A stretch of DNA of 54,843 nucleotides from Bacteroidota bacterium (lineage in GTDB: Bacteria > Bacteroidota > Bacteroidia > Flavobacteriales_D > Crocinitomicaceae): NCBI GenBank assembly GCA_006227105.1, contig SBFR01000200.1, positions 1 to 54,843 on the forward strand, given 5' to 3'. Within the stretch, counting starts at the first letter, position 1; each line of letters starts with the position of its first letter. The notes beneath the pieces were generated by a model. It saw nothing but the letters and a program-made list of their open reading frames with translations. It made no database searches and was not told the origin of the DNA. Shown one piece after another: positions 28,941-37,251 of the stretch. The position numbers and the translations under genes were made by a program.

Positions 28941-31580
28941 TCAGAACCTTAGGATGAGCTTAAGATTGAATCTTCTCTGTGTCAGATAATTGGGAATCGA
29001 ATAATATTTTCCCTCAACATCCTGAATCCATTGCTTGGACAAAACGTTGTTAATCCCTAGCAAATTGAACACCTCGAACGAAATGATTGCATCTGAGAAT
29101 TTTCGCTGAAAGAAACCAGGATCATCTTTCTTCTTGTATAGGAAGTCATATGACATACCAATGTCAACCCTAAAATATCCTTTCATTCGAAGAGTATCTT
29201 TATACCTGTCCCTGTCCGGCGGACCGTAAGGCAAAGGGGCTCCATATTGCATACCCATTTGAACAGAAAAACTTTCAAAGCCTGGCATTCTATCCTGAAC
29301 CAATGCGCCAAAATTGATCAACTGGTCAGTTGGACGAGGGACATATCCGGGATATATCACAGCACTATCTACAACTGTTTGATCCTCGGAATAGCCAAAT
29401 ATGATCCTTTCTCCTGCCGCATTATAGTATTCCGTGTATTGATCTGAAAGGACATCTTCTTTTGTTGACAAAACACCCAGCTTGAAAAATGACTCTATCC
29501 CTTCCACAAATTCACCATGAATATTGAGATCCAAACCATACGCATAAGCCACCGCATCATTGTTCGCATAATATCGTGTTCGCACATTTTCGATCTCATA
29601 TGGATTCACATCCCACATATACTTGTAATAGGCTTCTGCCGTAAATTTGAATGGAACGTCTCTGCCCCACATTTTAAAATAAACGTCTGATCCAGTCACA
29701 AAATGGAAAGATTTCTGAGCAAGCACACTCGTATTTAATCCACCGGTAAATGTTCTCATTTCCCTGTAAAATGGGGGTTGATAATACAATCCTGTCGCTA
29801 TTCTAATGCTCAGATCCCTTTTTACAACCTTACCATTATCAACCATATATGTTCTTGGGTAATAGATCAAGGAGGCACGAGGAGTAACAAATAATTCATT
29901 ATTCACAGCGGTATATCCCGCTCTTACTCCAATTGTGTATGCAAGCTTGGCAAGAGACTCCGAAATCGTATCCCGATAGATCCGATCTATTTTTTCACGA
30001 CCATTCTTTTCCTTTTTTGCTAATTCAATCGCGAGATCCTTTTTGTTTCTGGACCACGTACCATTCCATTGAGCAAATGAAGTCAACCGATCATTTGATA
30101 AATTCAACTCACCCTTAATCGTCTCAAAAAGAGTGATTTTACCATCATTATTTTGAGGAACACTATAACCTGCAGAATCCACCATTTTCCATTCTGAAAG
30201 AACATCATAGAAAATGTCATGCTGGTAATTCACCCCATAATTGAATGAATGACTTCGAAAGATCGTTCGGTCGTCATCTTTAAAGCCCGAAACTACATCA
30301 TGAGTAGCTTGAACATATGTATTAAAGATGGTTGCATTCAATTTGTTTCGCGCATGATTCAAAAAGGTACCAACACCCAACACAGCTATTGAATCTCCGT
30401 ACTCTTCCTTAGAAGGGTCCGTTTCAAGCTCATTGATATAATATTGACCCTGTATATCGAAGTACTCTCTTTCATTGGTATTGAATACAGTAGCATACCA
30501 TTCATACTTGTTCTTTTCATTGGGTTTCCAGGTCAGTGAAGTACCACCCATCATGGTTTGGAACCTTGTCTGTTCCTGCCCATCAAAGTAAATTCGAAAA
30601 GAATAAGCCTCATTTGCAGTACCAAAATCAGTTTCTTGTGTCTGTGGGGAAAAACGATAATTGTTTGAAGAAAGATGGCCAATTAGTGACCATGTTAGAT
30701 TTTCATTGATCGCATAATTTGTCAGAATTTGAGCGTCCCAGAAAACAGGATTATAAGCCCCTTTTGTTGGTAGAGAGTTTAGCAGGTAGCCATTGGAACG
30801 GTAACGGGCACCAACCAGGAAATTCAATCTACTTGTCGGAGCATCCTCAACATGACTTTCAACTCCAAGCAAGCTAGCCATAGCCGAACCATGGAATTCA
30901 GTAGGCGTTTTATAAGTAATGTCCAGTACTGAACTTAATTTATCACCGTATTGAGCGTTAAATCCACCTGCAGAAAACTGAATAGATTCGACGAGTGCCG
31001 AATTAATGAAACTCATACCCTCTTGTTGTCCACTACGCGTTAAAAACGGCCTATAGATCAGGAAACCATTGACATACACAAGGTTCTCATCATAGTTTCC
31101 ACCTCTCACATTGTAGTTTGAAGTCAGCTCATTGTTCGACGTTGCGGCAGTAGTGTATACCAGTGATCTTTCAACACTTCCCATTGGAATATTCTGCAGA
31201 TCATACTTCGGAAGCTTCGGTAATTCAAAGGGATCTTTCTTATCTACTACTACCTCTACTACATCTTGTTGTTGTATAGGGAAATCAATATTCGTCAGAC
31301 GAAGAGTTCGTTCATTTGGAACAATGATCGTTTTGTCAAATGTAAATTCACCCAACGAGTAGCGAACCTTTAATGTATCTCCTTTTAAAGCATAGAATTC
31401 GTACACCCCAAACTGATCGGTATAAACTGTACCTGGCTCTCCTTTATCTGAGCTAACTTTCACAGCGATCAAACCCTTCCCTTTTTTATCAAGACACTTC
31501 CCGGTTACGCGCACTGCATCCTGAGCACTGGAAATCAGTGAGATAAAAGAAAAAAGGAAGATAAAAGATAACCGCATCAA
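28941..31580 (-). CDS. TonB-dependent-receptor-like outer-membrane protein with a CarboxypepD_reg-like N-terminal domain
   Basis: Signal peptide. VRVTGKCLDKKGKGLIAVKV beta-sandwich. Plug-like NVRGGNYDENLVYVNGFLIYRPF...QFSAGGFNAQYGDKLSSVLDITYK. Barrel ends ...RFNLKLILRF. Confidence 0.75.
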   Translation of the reverse strand: MMRLSFIFLFSFISLISSAQDAVRVTGKCLDKKGKGLIAVKVSSDKGEPGTVYTDQFGVYEFYALKGDTLKVRYSLGEFTFDKTIIVPNERTLRLTNIDFPIQQQDVVEVVVDKKDPFELPKLPKYDLQNIPMGSVERSLVYTTAATSNNELTSNYNVRGGNYDENLVYVNGFLIYRPFLTRSGQQEGMSFINSALVESIQFSAGGFNAQYGDKLSSVLDITYKTPTEFHGSAMASLLGVESHVEDAPTSRLNFLVGARYRSNGYLLNSLPTKGAYNPVFWDAQILTNYAINENLTWSLIGHLSSNNYRFSPQTQETDFGTANEAYSFRIYFDGQEQTRFQTMMGGTSLTWKPNEKNKYEWYATVFNTNEREYFDIQGQYYINELETDPSKEEYGDSIAVLGVGTFLNHARNKLNATIFNTYVQATHDVVSGFKDDDRTIFRSHSFNYGVNYQHDIFYDVLSEWKMVDSAGYSVPQNNDGKITLFETIKGELNLSNDRLTSFAQWNGTWSRNKKDLAIELAKKEKNGREKIDRIYRDTISESLAKLAYTIGVRAGYTAVNNELFVTPRASLIYYPRTYMVDNGKVVKRDLSIRIATGLYYQPPFYREMRTFTGGLNTSVLAQKSFHFVTGSDVYFKMWGRDVPFKFTAEAYYKYMWDVNPYEIENVRTRYYANNDAVAYAYGLDLNIHGEFVEGIESFFKLGVLSTKEDVLSDQYTEYYNAAGERIIFGYSEDQTVVDSAVIYPGYVPRPTDQLINFGALVQDRMPGFESFSVQMGMQYGAPLPYGPPDRDRYKDTLRMKGYFRVDIGMSYDFLYKKKDDPGFFQRKFSDAIISFEVFNLLGINNVLSKQWIQDVEGKYYSIPNYLTQRRFNLKLILRF

Positions 31581-31621
31581 TTTTAAGTCGAAATAGAAAC
31601 GCCAAATATGTCTAAATATTT

Positions 31622-33211
31622 TTACTCTCTAACAATAATAAGGTCGTTCTCGAAGGCATCTATCATTGACTTGATCTGATCGATCTTCTCAGAAACATTT
31701 CCATTTGGAGTCAAATTAAAAAAATTGAGATTTCGCTCCTGCAATTCACCTGACGGGAAGAGTTTATGCTTTATCTGATCGATCGACAACATCGCAGAGT
31801 CGTGCTTCTGCTTCATGTTTTTCATCAACTTTTCACGAATACCTTGAATTTGCTTTTGCATTCGAACAGTCTCGCCAGTCACATATCCTTCTAGAGAAGC
31901 ATCAATTTCAACAACTTTGTTCTTTAAGGCATCGATCAATTGTTCAGATAAATTTTCTATCTCAGAAAGATCAAGACCGTCTTTTTCATTTTCTTCGATG
32001 TACTCTCTTTTGATCTGATCTATATCCAAAAACACATCTTCAATATGAAGATCATATTTCATCATTTTCTTTGAGGTAGACTGATCGATCCAAAGCAAAG
32101 AATTCCTAACCTGAATCAGCGGATATGGCACATCATAAGCTTCAAATACTCCTTTGATTTGAAGCCAGTAACTCAATTCACCCACCCCACCAACATAACA
32201 CACATTCGGCAAAATGAATTCCTGATAAACCGGTCGCATTAATGCATTAGGAGAGAACTGCTCAGGTCTTTCAGCGATCAAATCTTTAACTTCTTTTAGA
32301 TCAGCTTCTCCAACCCCCTCAATGTAAAATCCTTTATCTGTATGTATAACCCTTGCTCTATTCGCGTTAAACAATGTGAACATGTTAATCTCTCTACTAT
32401 GAGCCTGGATCTTTAATCCTTCATGCCCAAGAAGGTGATTGGTCTTTTCAATTTCTCGATGAGAAATCCCTGATTCAATTTCCTTTTCAATAATACTGGA
32501 AAAAGAAGATTTAAATGATCCATTATCGCCGTCAAGAACAATCAATCCATATTTTCCAAAAAGCCGGTTGATCAATTGAAAAGTAGATTCCCCTATGGTT
32601 TTACCAACACTGTACGCTTCGATTATTCCTTCTATTTCTTCCTTGCTTTCACTCCTGAAAAATTCTGAGAACTGATTTATTACTGGAGTCAGAATTTCTG
32701 ATGAGATCCTTCCTACCGAATCATTTCCGTTATACTCGAGTTTCAATTCTTTCCCAAAAAGTTCAATAGACGAAATCTCATCGAAATCATGATCTTCAGA
32801 TGCTAACCAAAACACTGGAACATATGAATGTTCCTCGTCAGAGGCATTCATTTTTTCACATAAATCAACAACATGAAGTATTTTGTAGATATAGTAAAGT
32901 GGACCTGTAAACAATGACAACTGATGTCCTGTCGTTATTGTGACTGTGTTATGACCTTCGAGTCTTTTTAAATTTTCATCTTGTTCTTTGGTTAATGAGA
33001 CAGATGAATAGCTCTTCCTTAATTCCTGAACTAGAAGTGATCTTACTTCCTGAGAATACCAGTCACTCTTCCTGTCTGCCTGTTTGATCAAATTCTCTTT
33101 TGAAAAAGGCAAGTCTATAAATGTTAGCAGCTCTTCCTGACTGCAGATCAGCTTTCTTTGCTGCTCATTAAATGCACCGGTGAATGACCGATCTAAAGTA
33201 AATCGTTGCAT
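31622..33211 (-). CDS. bshC: Bacillithiol biosynthesis cysteine-adding enzyme BshC
   Basis: 529 aa. N-terminal third contains TITTGHQLSLFTGPLYYIYKILHVV and VPVFWLASEDHDFDEI, with a coiled-coil C-terminus. This matches my memory of BshC (YllA) proteins. Confidence 0.7.
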   Translation of the reverse strand: MQRFTLDRSFTGAFNEQQRKLICSQEELLTFIDLPFSKENLIKQADRKSDWYSQEVRSLLVQELRKSYSSVSLTKEQDENLKRLEGHNTVTITTGHQLSLFTGPLYYIYKILHVVDLCEKMNASDEEHSYVPVFWLASEDHDFDEISSIELFGKELKLEYNGNDSVGRISSEILTPVINQFSEFFRSESKEEIEGIIEAYSVGKTIGESTFQLINRLFGKYGLIVLDGDNGSFKSSFSSIIEKEIESGISHREIEKTNHLLGHEGLKIQAHSREINMFTLFNANRARVIHTDKGFYIEGVGEADLKEVKDLIAERPEQFSPNALMRPVYQEFILPNVCYVGGVGELSYWLQIKGVFEAYDVPYPLIQVRNSLLWIDQSTSKKMMKYDLHIEDVFLDIDQIKREYIEENEKDGLDLSEIENLSEQLIDALKNKVVEIDASLEGYVTGETVRMQKQIQGIREKLMKNMKQKHDSAMLSIDQIKHKLFPSGELQERNLNFFNLTPNGNVSEKIDQIKSMIDAFENDLIIVRE

Positions 33212-33260
33212 TCTGTAAAGTTAGAAAGAATGACTTATCACACTTATGCTTTTCTCTGTT

Positions 33261-33268
33261 TATCTTTG
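33261..33268 (+). promoter_or_regulatory. -7 promoter box TATCTTTG, 17 nt upstream of the PPIase ATG
   Basis: Exact TAnnTTTG match. Confidence 0.55.
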
Positions 33269-33285
33269 CAGGAAATATTATTTCA

Positions 33286-33738
33286 ATGGAAGCAGTAATA
33301 AAAACAAATAAAGGAGAAATGAAAGTTCGCTTTTACGAAGAGGACGCTCCAAAAACAGTTGCAAACTTTGTTAAACTTGCGAAAGAAGGGTATTACAACG
33401 GTCTTAAATGGCATAGAGTCATTCCAAATTTTGTGATTCAAGGAGGTTGTCCGAATTCAAGAGACGGTGCATCAGGAATGCCTGGTACAGGTGGACCAGG
33501 ATATCAGATCGATTGTGAATTGACCGGTGGTAACCAATTTCATGACAGAGGTGTACTTTCAATGGCTCATGCAGGAAGAAACACGGGAGGATCTCAATTC
33601 TTTGTTTGCCATTCAAGAGACAATACTGCACATTTAGACAGAAATCACACGTGCTTTGGCATCGTGTATGAAGGTCTTGATGTTATTGACGATATCAGAC
33701 AAGGAGATTCGATCGACGAAATCCAAATTATTGAATAA
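33286..33738 (+). CDS. Cyclophilin-type peptidyl-prolyl cis-trans isomerase
   Basis: FHRVIPNFVIQGG...GTGGPGY...GVLSMAHAG.NTGGSQFF are cyclophilin motifs; 150 aa. Confidence 0.9.
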   Translation: MEAVIKTNKGEMKVRFYEEDAPKTVANFVKLAKEGYYNGLKWHRVIPNFVIQGGCPNSRDGASGMPGTGGPGYQIDCELTGGNQFHDRGVLSMAHAGRNTGGSQFFVCHSRDNTAHLDRNHTCFGIVYEGLDVIDDIRQGDSIDEIQIIE

Positions 33739-33740
33739 AT

Positions 33741-33775
33741 AAAAAAGGCCTCCAATGGAGGCCTTTCTTTTTTTG
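33741..33775. terminator. Bidirectional intrinsic terminator
   Basis: A6 tract, stem GGCCTCC / GGAGGCC, then TTTCTTTTTTT. It lies between convergent genes. Confidence 0.8.
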
Positions 33776-33786
33776 TCTGAGCTCAA

Positions 33787-34098
33787 TTACTTAGAACCTT
33801 CAACATATTTTTTATGTGTCTCATTAAGATCAGGACACTTTTCTGCAATTGATTTACCCATTTGATCATCAAATGGATCAACATCTCCTGCTACCTCAAG
33901 GGCACAAAGAGAATAATCAAGGTCAGTCATGTCAATGTTAAAGTCTGATTCTGCAGCAGCAGCTTCGTTCTCAGCAGTCTTCTTACTCATACAATCACAG
34001 ATCTTTTGAGCAGCTGTGTCGTATTCAGCCTTTCCAGGCCCACCGCATGAAGTAAGAATAATTCCAAGAGCAGCTAAGGTTAAGATTTTTGTTTTCAT
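33787..34098 (-). CDS. Small hypothetical lipoprotein
   Basis: Lipobox (IILTSC). Acidic, with 4 further Cys residues. No recognised family. Confidence 0.55.
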   Translation of the reverse strand: MKTKILTLAALGIILTSCGGPGKAEYDTAAQKICDCMSKKTAENEAAAAESDFNIDMTDLDYSLCALEVAGDVDPFDDQMGKSIAEKCPDLNETHKKYVEGSK

Positions 34099-34207
34099 GT
34101 GTTAATTGATTTTTGACTAATATAACGAAAGTTTTAGGAAAATCAAGTCAAGTTTCTAAATTGATTATTAATCAACAACCTTACTATAAGTTGTTTAATT
34201 TTACAAC

Positions 34208-35464
34208 ATGAAATCAAGGTTGACCATACTATTCTCACTCTTCATTTTCGCTTCTCCACTGTATGCCAAAGTCAGATTTGTCAGAGCTGTAATGAGCGGA
34301 AACACCTCGGAATCAGTGACAATTATCTGGGATCAAATAAGTGGATCGGCACCTGAATTGCTTTTCGACACTATCTATCCTACAGACTTTAATTTCTCCT
34401 TTCATCGACCGGTTACTGTAAGTAATCACTCCAAAGGAATGCACAATAACATTGTACGACTCGAAGGATTAAAACCATCGACCACATACTTTTTTTGCGT
34501 AAAAGACAATGAGGGATTCTCGCGCATTTACCATGTATCGACCTGTTCTGATTCGGAAAATGAAACATTTTCTTTCATTGCTGGTGGTGACTCCAGAGAC
34601 CGAAGGGAAACTCGTGTAAAAGCAAACAAAATGGTCGCAAAGATCAAACCTCATGCGGTTCTTTTCAACGGCGATTTCATTGGTATCGATATTGAAAAGC
34701 AATGGATCGATTGGTTCGAAGACTGGGAAAACAGTATTGGAAAAGATGGTAGAGTCACACCTTTGGTTGTAACAAGAGGAAACCATGAACTTTCAAACAA
34801 AGTGCTCGTCGACCTTTTTGACGTGCCGCACAAAAACATCTATTACAGCACTTATTTTGGAGGAAAACTACTCCATCTGGTTTCGCTCAATTCTGAAATT
34901 CTAAAGATCGGTGGTCAGAAAAGATTTTTACGTTCTGCTTTGAAAGAAAATGAAGATAAATACTGGCAGATCGCTCAATACCACAGACCAGTCAGGCCAC
35001 ATGTTGCCCATAAGAAAGAAATGGAAACGCAATACAGGAATTTCGTCCCCCTATTTGAAAAATACCCAAATCTGAAACTTTGCCTGGAAAACGATTCTCA
35101 CACTTGCAAAACCACCTGGCCCATATTAAAAGATAATGGTCCTGGTAGCGAAGAAGGTTTCAAAAGAAATGATTCCATTGGTATCACTTACGTTGGAGAA
35201 GGCTGCTGGGGAGCACCTTTACGAGCAGCTGACGATCCCAAGTGCTGGACGAGAAATTCTGAAGCGATCAATCAAGTCAACTGGATCTTAGTGTCAAAAG
35301 ATATGATCAGGGTGATGACCATTAAATATGAAAATGTAGATGAAGTTGCTGAGGTTGATCTAAGCAATAGAACTGAACTTCCAGAAGGTATCGACCTATG
35401 GACCCCTTCAAACGGCGCGTTTGTAGACATCTACCCTTCTACTATTGTGAAATCAAGGAAATAG
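34208..35464 (+). CDS. Calcineurin-like metallophosphoesterase (purple-acid-phosphatase-like) with an N-terminal FN3-like domain
   Basis: Signal peptide. FN3-like (SVTIIWDQ...STTYFFCV). Metal ligand motifs GGDSRD, NGDF, TRGNHE. Confidence 0.75.
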   Translation: MKSRLTILFSLFIFASPLYAKVRFVRAVMSGNTSESVTIIWDQISGSAPELLFDTIYPTDFNFSFHRPVTVSNHSKGMHNNIVRLEGLKPSTTYFFCVKDNEGFSRIYHVSTCSDSENETFSFIAGGDSRDRRETRVKANKMVAKIKPHAVLFNGDFIGIDIEKQWIDWFEDWENSIGKDGRVTPLVVTRGNHELSNKVLVDLFDVPHKNIYYSTYFGGKLLHLVSLNSEILKIGGQKRFLRSALKENEDKYWQIAQYHRPVRPHVAHKKEMETQYRNFVPLFEKYPNLKLCLENDSHTCKTTWPILKDNGPGSEEGFKRNDSIGITYVGEGCWGAPLRAADDPKCWTRNSEAINQVNWILVSKDMIRVMTIKYENVDEVAEVDLSNRTELPEGIDLWTPSNGAFVDIYPSTIVKSRK

Positions 35465-35505
35465 AAGAGTTTTCAACAAAACAAAGTCTTTGACAATTTT
35501 CGAAT

Positions 35506-35513
35506 TATATTTG
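35506..35513 (+). promoter_or_regulatory. -7 promoter box TATATTTG, 5 nt upstream of the dnaX ATG
   Basis: Exact TAnnTTTG match, followed by ttgtc-ATG (35519). Confidence 0.5.
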
Positions 35514-35518
35514 TTGTC

Positions 35519-36634
35519 ATGAGTGATTTCGTTGTTTCAGCGCGTAAATATAGGCCTCAAACCTTCGATACTGTCGTGGGCCAGAGTTCGATCACGAACA
35601 CTCTTAAAAGTGCGATCAAGAATGATCATTTGGCTCAGGCTTTTTTGTTCTGTGGTTCAAGAGGTGTTGGAAAAACGACTACTGCTCGTATTCTAGCAAA
35701 AACATTGAATTGCTTCAATCGGACTGAAAACATTGAAGCTTGTGATCAGTGCGATTCTTGCCAGTCCTTCAATACAGGAAATTCTCTAAATGTCTATGAG
35801 CTCGATGCAGCTTCGAATAACTCAGTAGAGGACATTCGAAACTTGATCGATCAGGTGCGCATTGCCCCTCAATTGGGCGACTATAAAGTGTACATCATCG
35901 ACGAGGTTCACATGTTATCAAATTCTGCGTTTAACGCATTTTTGAAAACACTTGAAGAACCACCAAAGCATGCGATCTTTATTCTTGCAACCACAGAAAA
36001 GCATAAGATCATTCCAACGATCCTATCAAGATGTCAGATCTTTGATTTCAACAGGATTAAAGTAAAGGATATCGCTGATCATCTTGCTGGTATTGCTACC
36101 AAAGAAGGGATCAATGCTGACCCTGAAGCCTTGCATCTAATCGCCCAGAAAGCAGATGGTGCATTGAGAGATGCATTGTCTATTTTTGACCAGATCGTCA
36201 CGTTCACTGGAAATGAATTAACGTATAAAAGTGTCATCGAAAATCTGAACATTCTGGATTATGATTATTATTTCAGAATTGTTGAGAGTGCACAAAAAGA
36301 AGACATTCCTTCTTCGTTGCTATTATTGAACGATATCGTTGAAAAAGGATTCGATCTTCATCATTTCATTGTTGGATTGTCCGAGCACTACAGAAATCTT
36401 TTAGTTTGCAAAGACATGAGAACTGCTTCCCTTCTTGAGGTTGGCGAATCAGTTGAACAGCGTTATATAGACCAGGCAAAAGGAATTGATTCACCTGTCA
36501 TATTGAGATCTTTAGCAATCATCAGCAAAGGAGACGTTGAATTTAAAGCATCTAAAAATCAACGATTACTCGTTGAACTTGTTCTGATGCAGCTCTGTTC
36601 ACTTCAACAGGAGCAAGAAAAAAAAAACGACTGA
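35519..36634 (+). CDS. dnaX: DNA polymerase III gamma/tau, zero-frame product (gamma-like, 371 aa), terminating just after an A10 run
   Basis: ARKYRPQTFDTVVGQ, Walker A GSRGVGKTTTARI, zinc module CxxCxxC (CDQCDSCQ), DEVHML, SRCQ. The frame ends GAA AAA AAA AAC GAC TGA. Confidence 0.9.
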   Translation: MSDFVVSARKYRPQTFDTVVGQSSITNTLKSAIKNDHLAQAFLFCGSRGVGKTTTARILAKTLNCFNRTENIEACDQCDSCQSFNTGNSLNVYELDAASNNSVEDIRNLIDQVRIAPQLGDYKVYIIDEVHMLSNSAFNAFLKTLEEPPKHAIFILATTEKHKIIPTILSRCQIFDFNRIKVKDIADHLAGIATKEGINADPEALHLIAQKADGALRDALSIFDQIVTFTGNELTYKSVIENLNILDYDYYFRIVESAQKEDIPSSLLLLNDIVEKGFDLHHFIVGLSEHYRNLLVCKDMRTASLLEVGESVEQRYIDQAKGIDSPVILRSLAIISKGDVEFKASKNQRLLVELVLMQLCSLQQEQEKKND

Positions 36635-37251
36635 CGGATAGGCCTGCGTTAATTCCATTTGCCAATCAGAACTTAAGAGAGAAAGTATCCAATCCGAAGG
36701 AAATCAAGCCTTCTGCGGTCCCACTTCAAAAGATCGACTTTCAGAAAGACAGTATCAAGGAACGAAAAACCCTTACAGAACCAACTGGGAATCAAAATCC
36801 TTTTACACTTTCCATAAAGAAGCTCATAGAGAAGGAGGAAGAATTGATCGCGTCTGGAGATATTTCCAAATTACCAAGGGAAGCGTATGAAATTGACCAG
36901 GTAAAGATGCTGTGGCGAAAATTTGCTTTCCTGATGAAGGACCAGGGCATGGAAACTTTTTACAATGCCATGATTCGCAGGGAGCCTCAAGATCTGGGTA
37001 ATCATACCTTCCAATTGACTGTAGACAATCAGATCCAGGTTGATTACATCGGTTCCCATCTTCAGGAAATGACTGCTTACTTCAGAAAACATTTGAACAA
37101 CTATGCGTTTTCGATCCAACTTTCTGTGACTGATAAACCGGAGGAGGAATTAAAATTTCTTACTGGAAAGGATAAATTTGCCGCACTCGCAAGAAAGAAT
37201 CCGAATCTTCATACGTTGAAGACGATGTTTAATTTGGATATTGAGTTTTAA
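36577..37251 (+). CDS. dnaX: dnaX tau-specific C-terminal region, open only in the -1 frame relative to the dnaX N-terminal ORF
   Basis: The -1 frame is open from 36577 (after TGA at 36574-36576) to TAA at 37249-37251. It reads through the A-run as ...RKKKRLTDRPALIPF... into the ORF-track 36844..37251 peptide. There is no promoter box or plausible independent start upstream of 36844. Confidence 0.65.
   Translation, partial: TCSDAALFTSTGARKKKRLTDRPALIPFANQNLREKVSNPKEIKPSAVPLQKIDFQKDSIKERKTLTEPTGNQNPFTLSIKKLIEKEEELIASGDISKLPREAYEIDQVKMLWRKFAFLMKDQGMETFYNAMIRREPQDLGNHTFQLTVDNQIQVDYIGSHLQEMTAYFRKHLNNYAFSIQLSVTDKPEEELKFLTGKDKFAALARKNPNLHTLKTMFNLDIEF
36618..36627 (+). other. A10 homopolymer: candidate recoding (ribosomal -1 or transcriptional slippage) site, or an indel error, within dnaX
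   Basis: Ten consecutive A at 36618-36627. They lie inside the only interval (36577-36634) where both the 0 and -1 frames are open. Confidence 0.6.

Noticed and set aside
36609-36613. AGGAG located 4 nt upstream of the dnaX A10 run, considered as an E. coli-style SD-like frameshift stimulator.
   Set aside because: Genes in this window show no SD usage. The spacing differs from the E. coli case, and I could not find a convincing downstream stem-loop. I mention it under the dnaX finding but do not rely on it.
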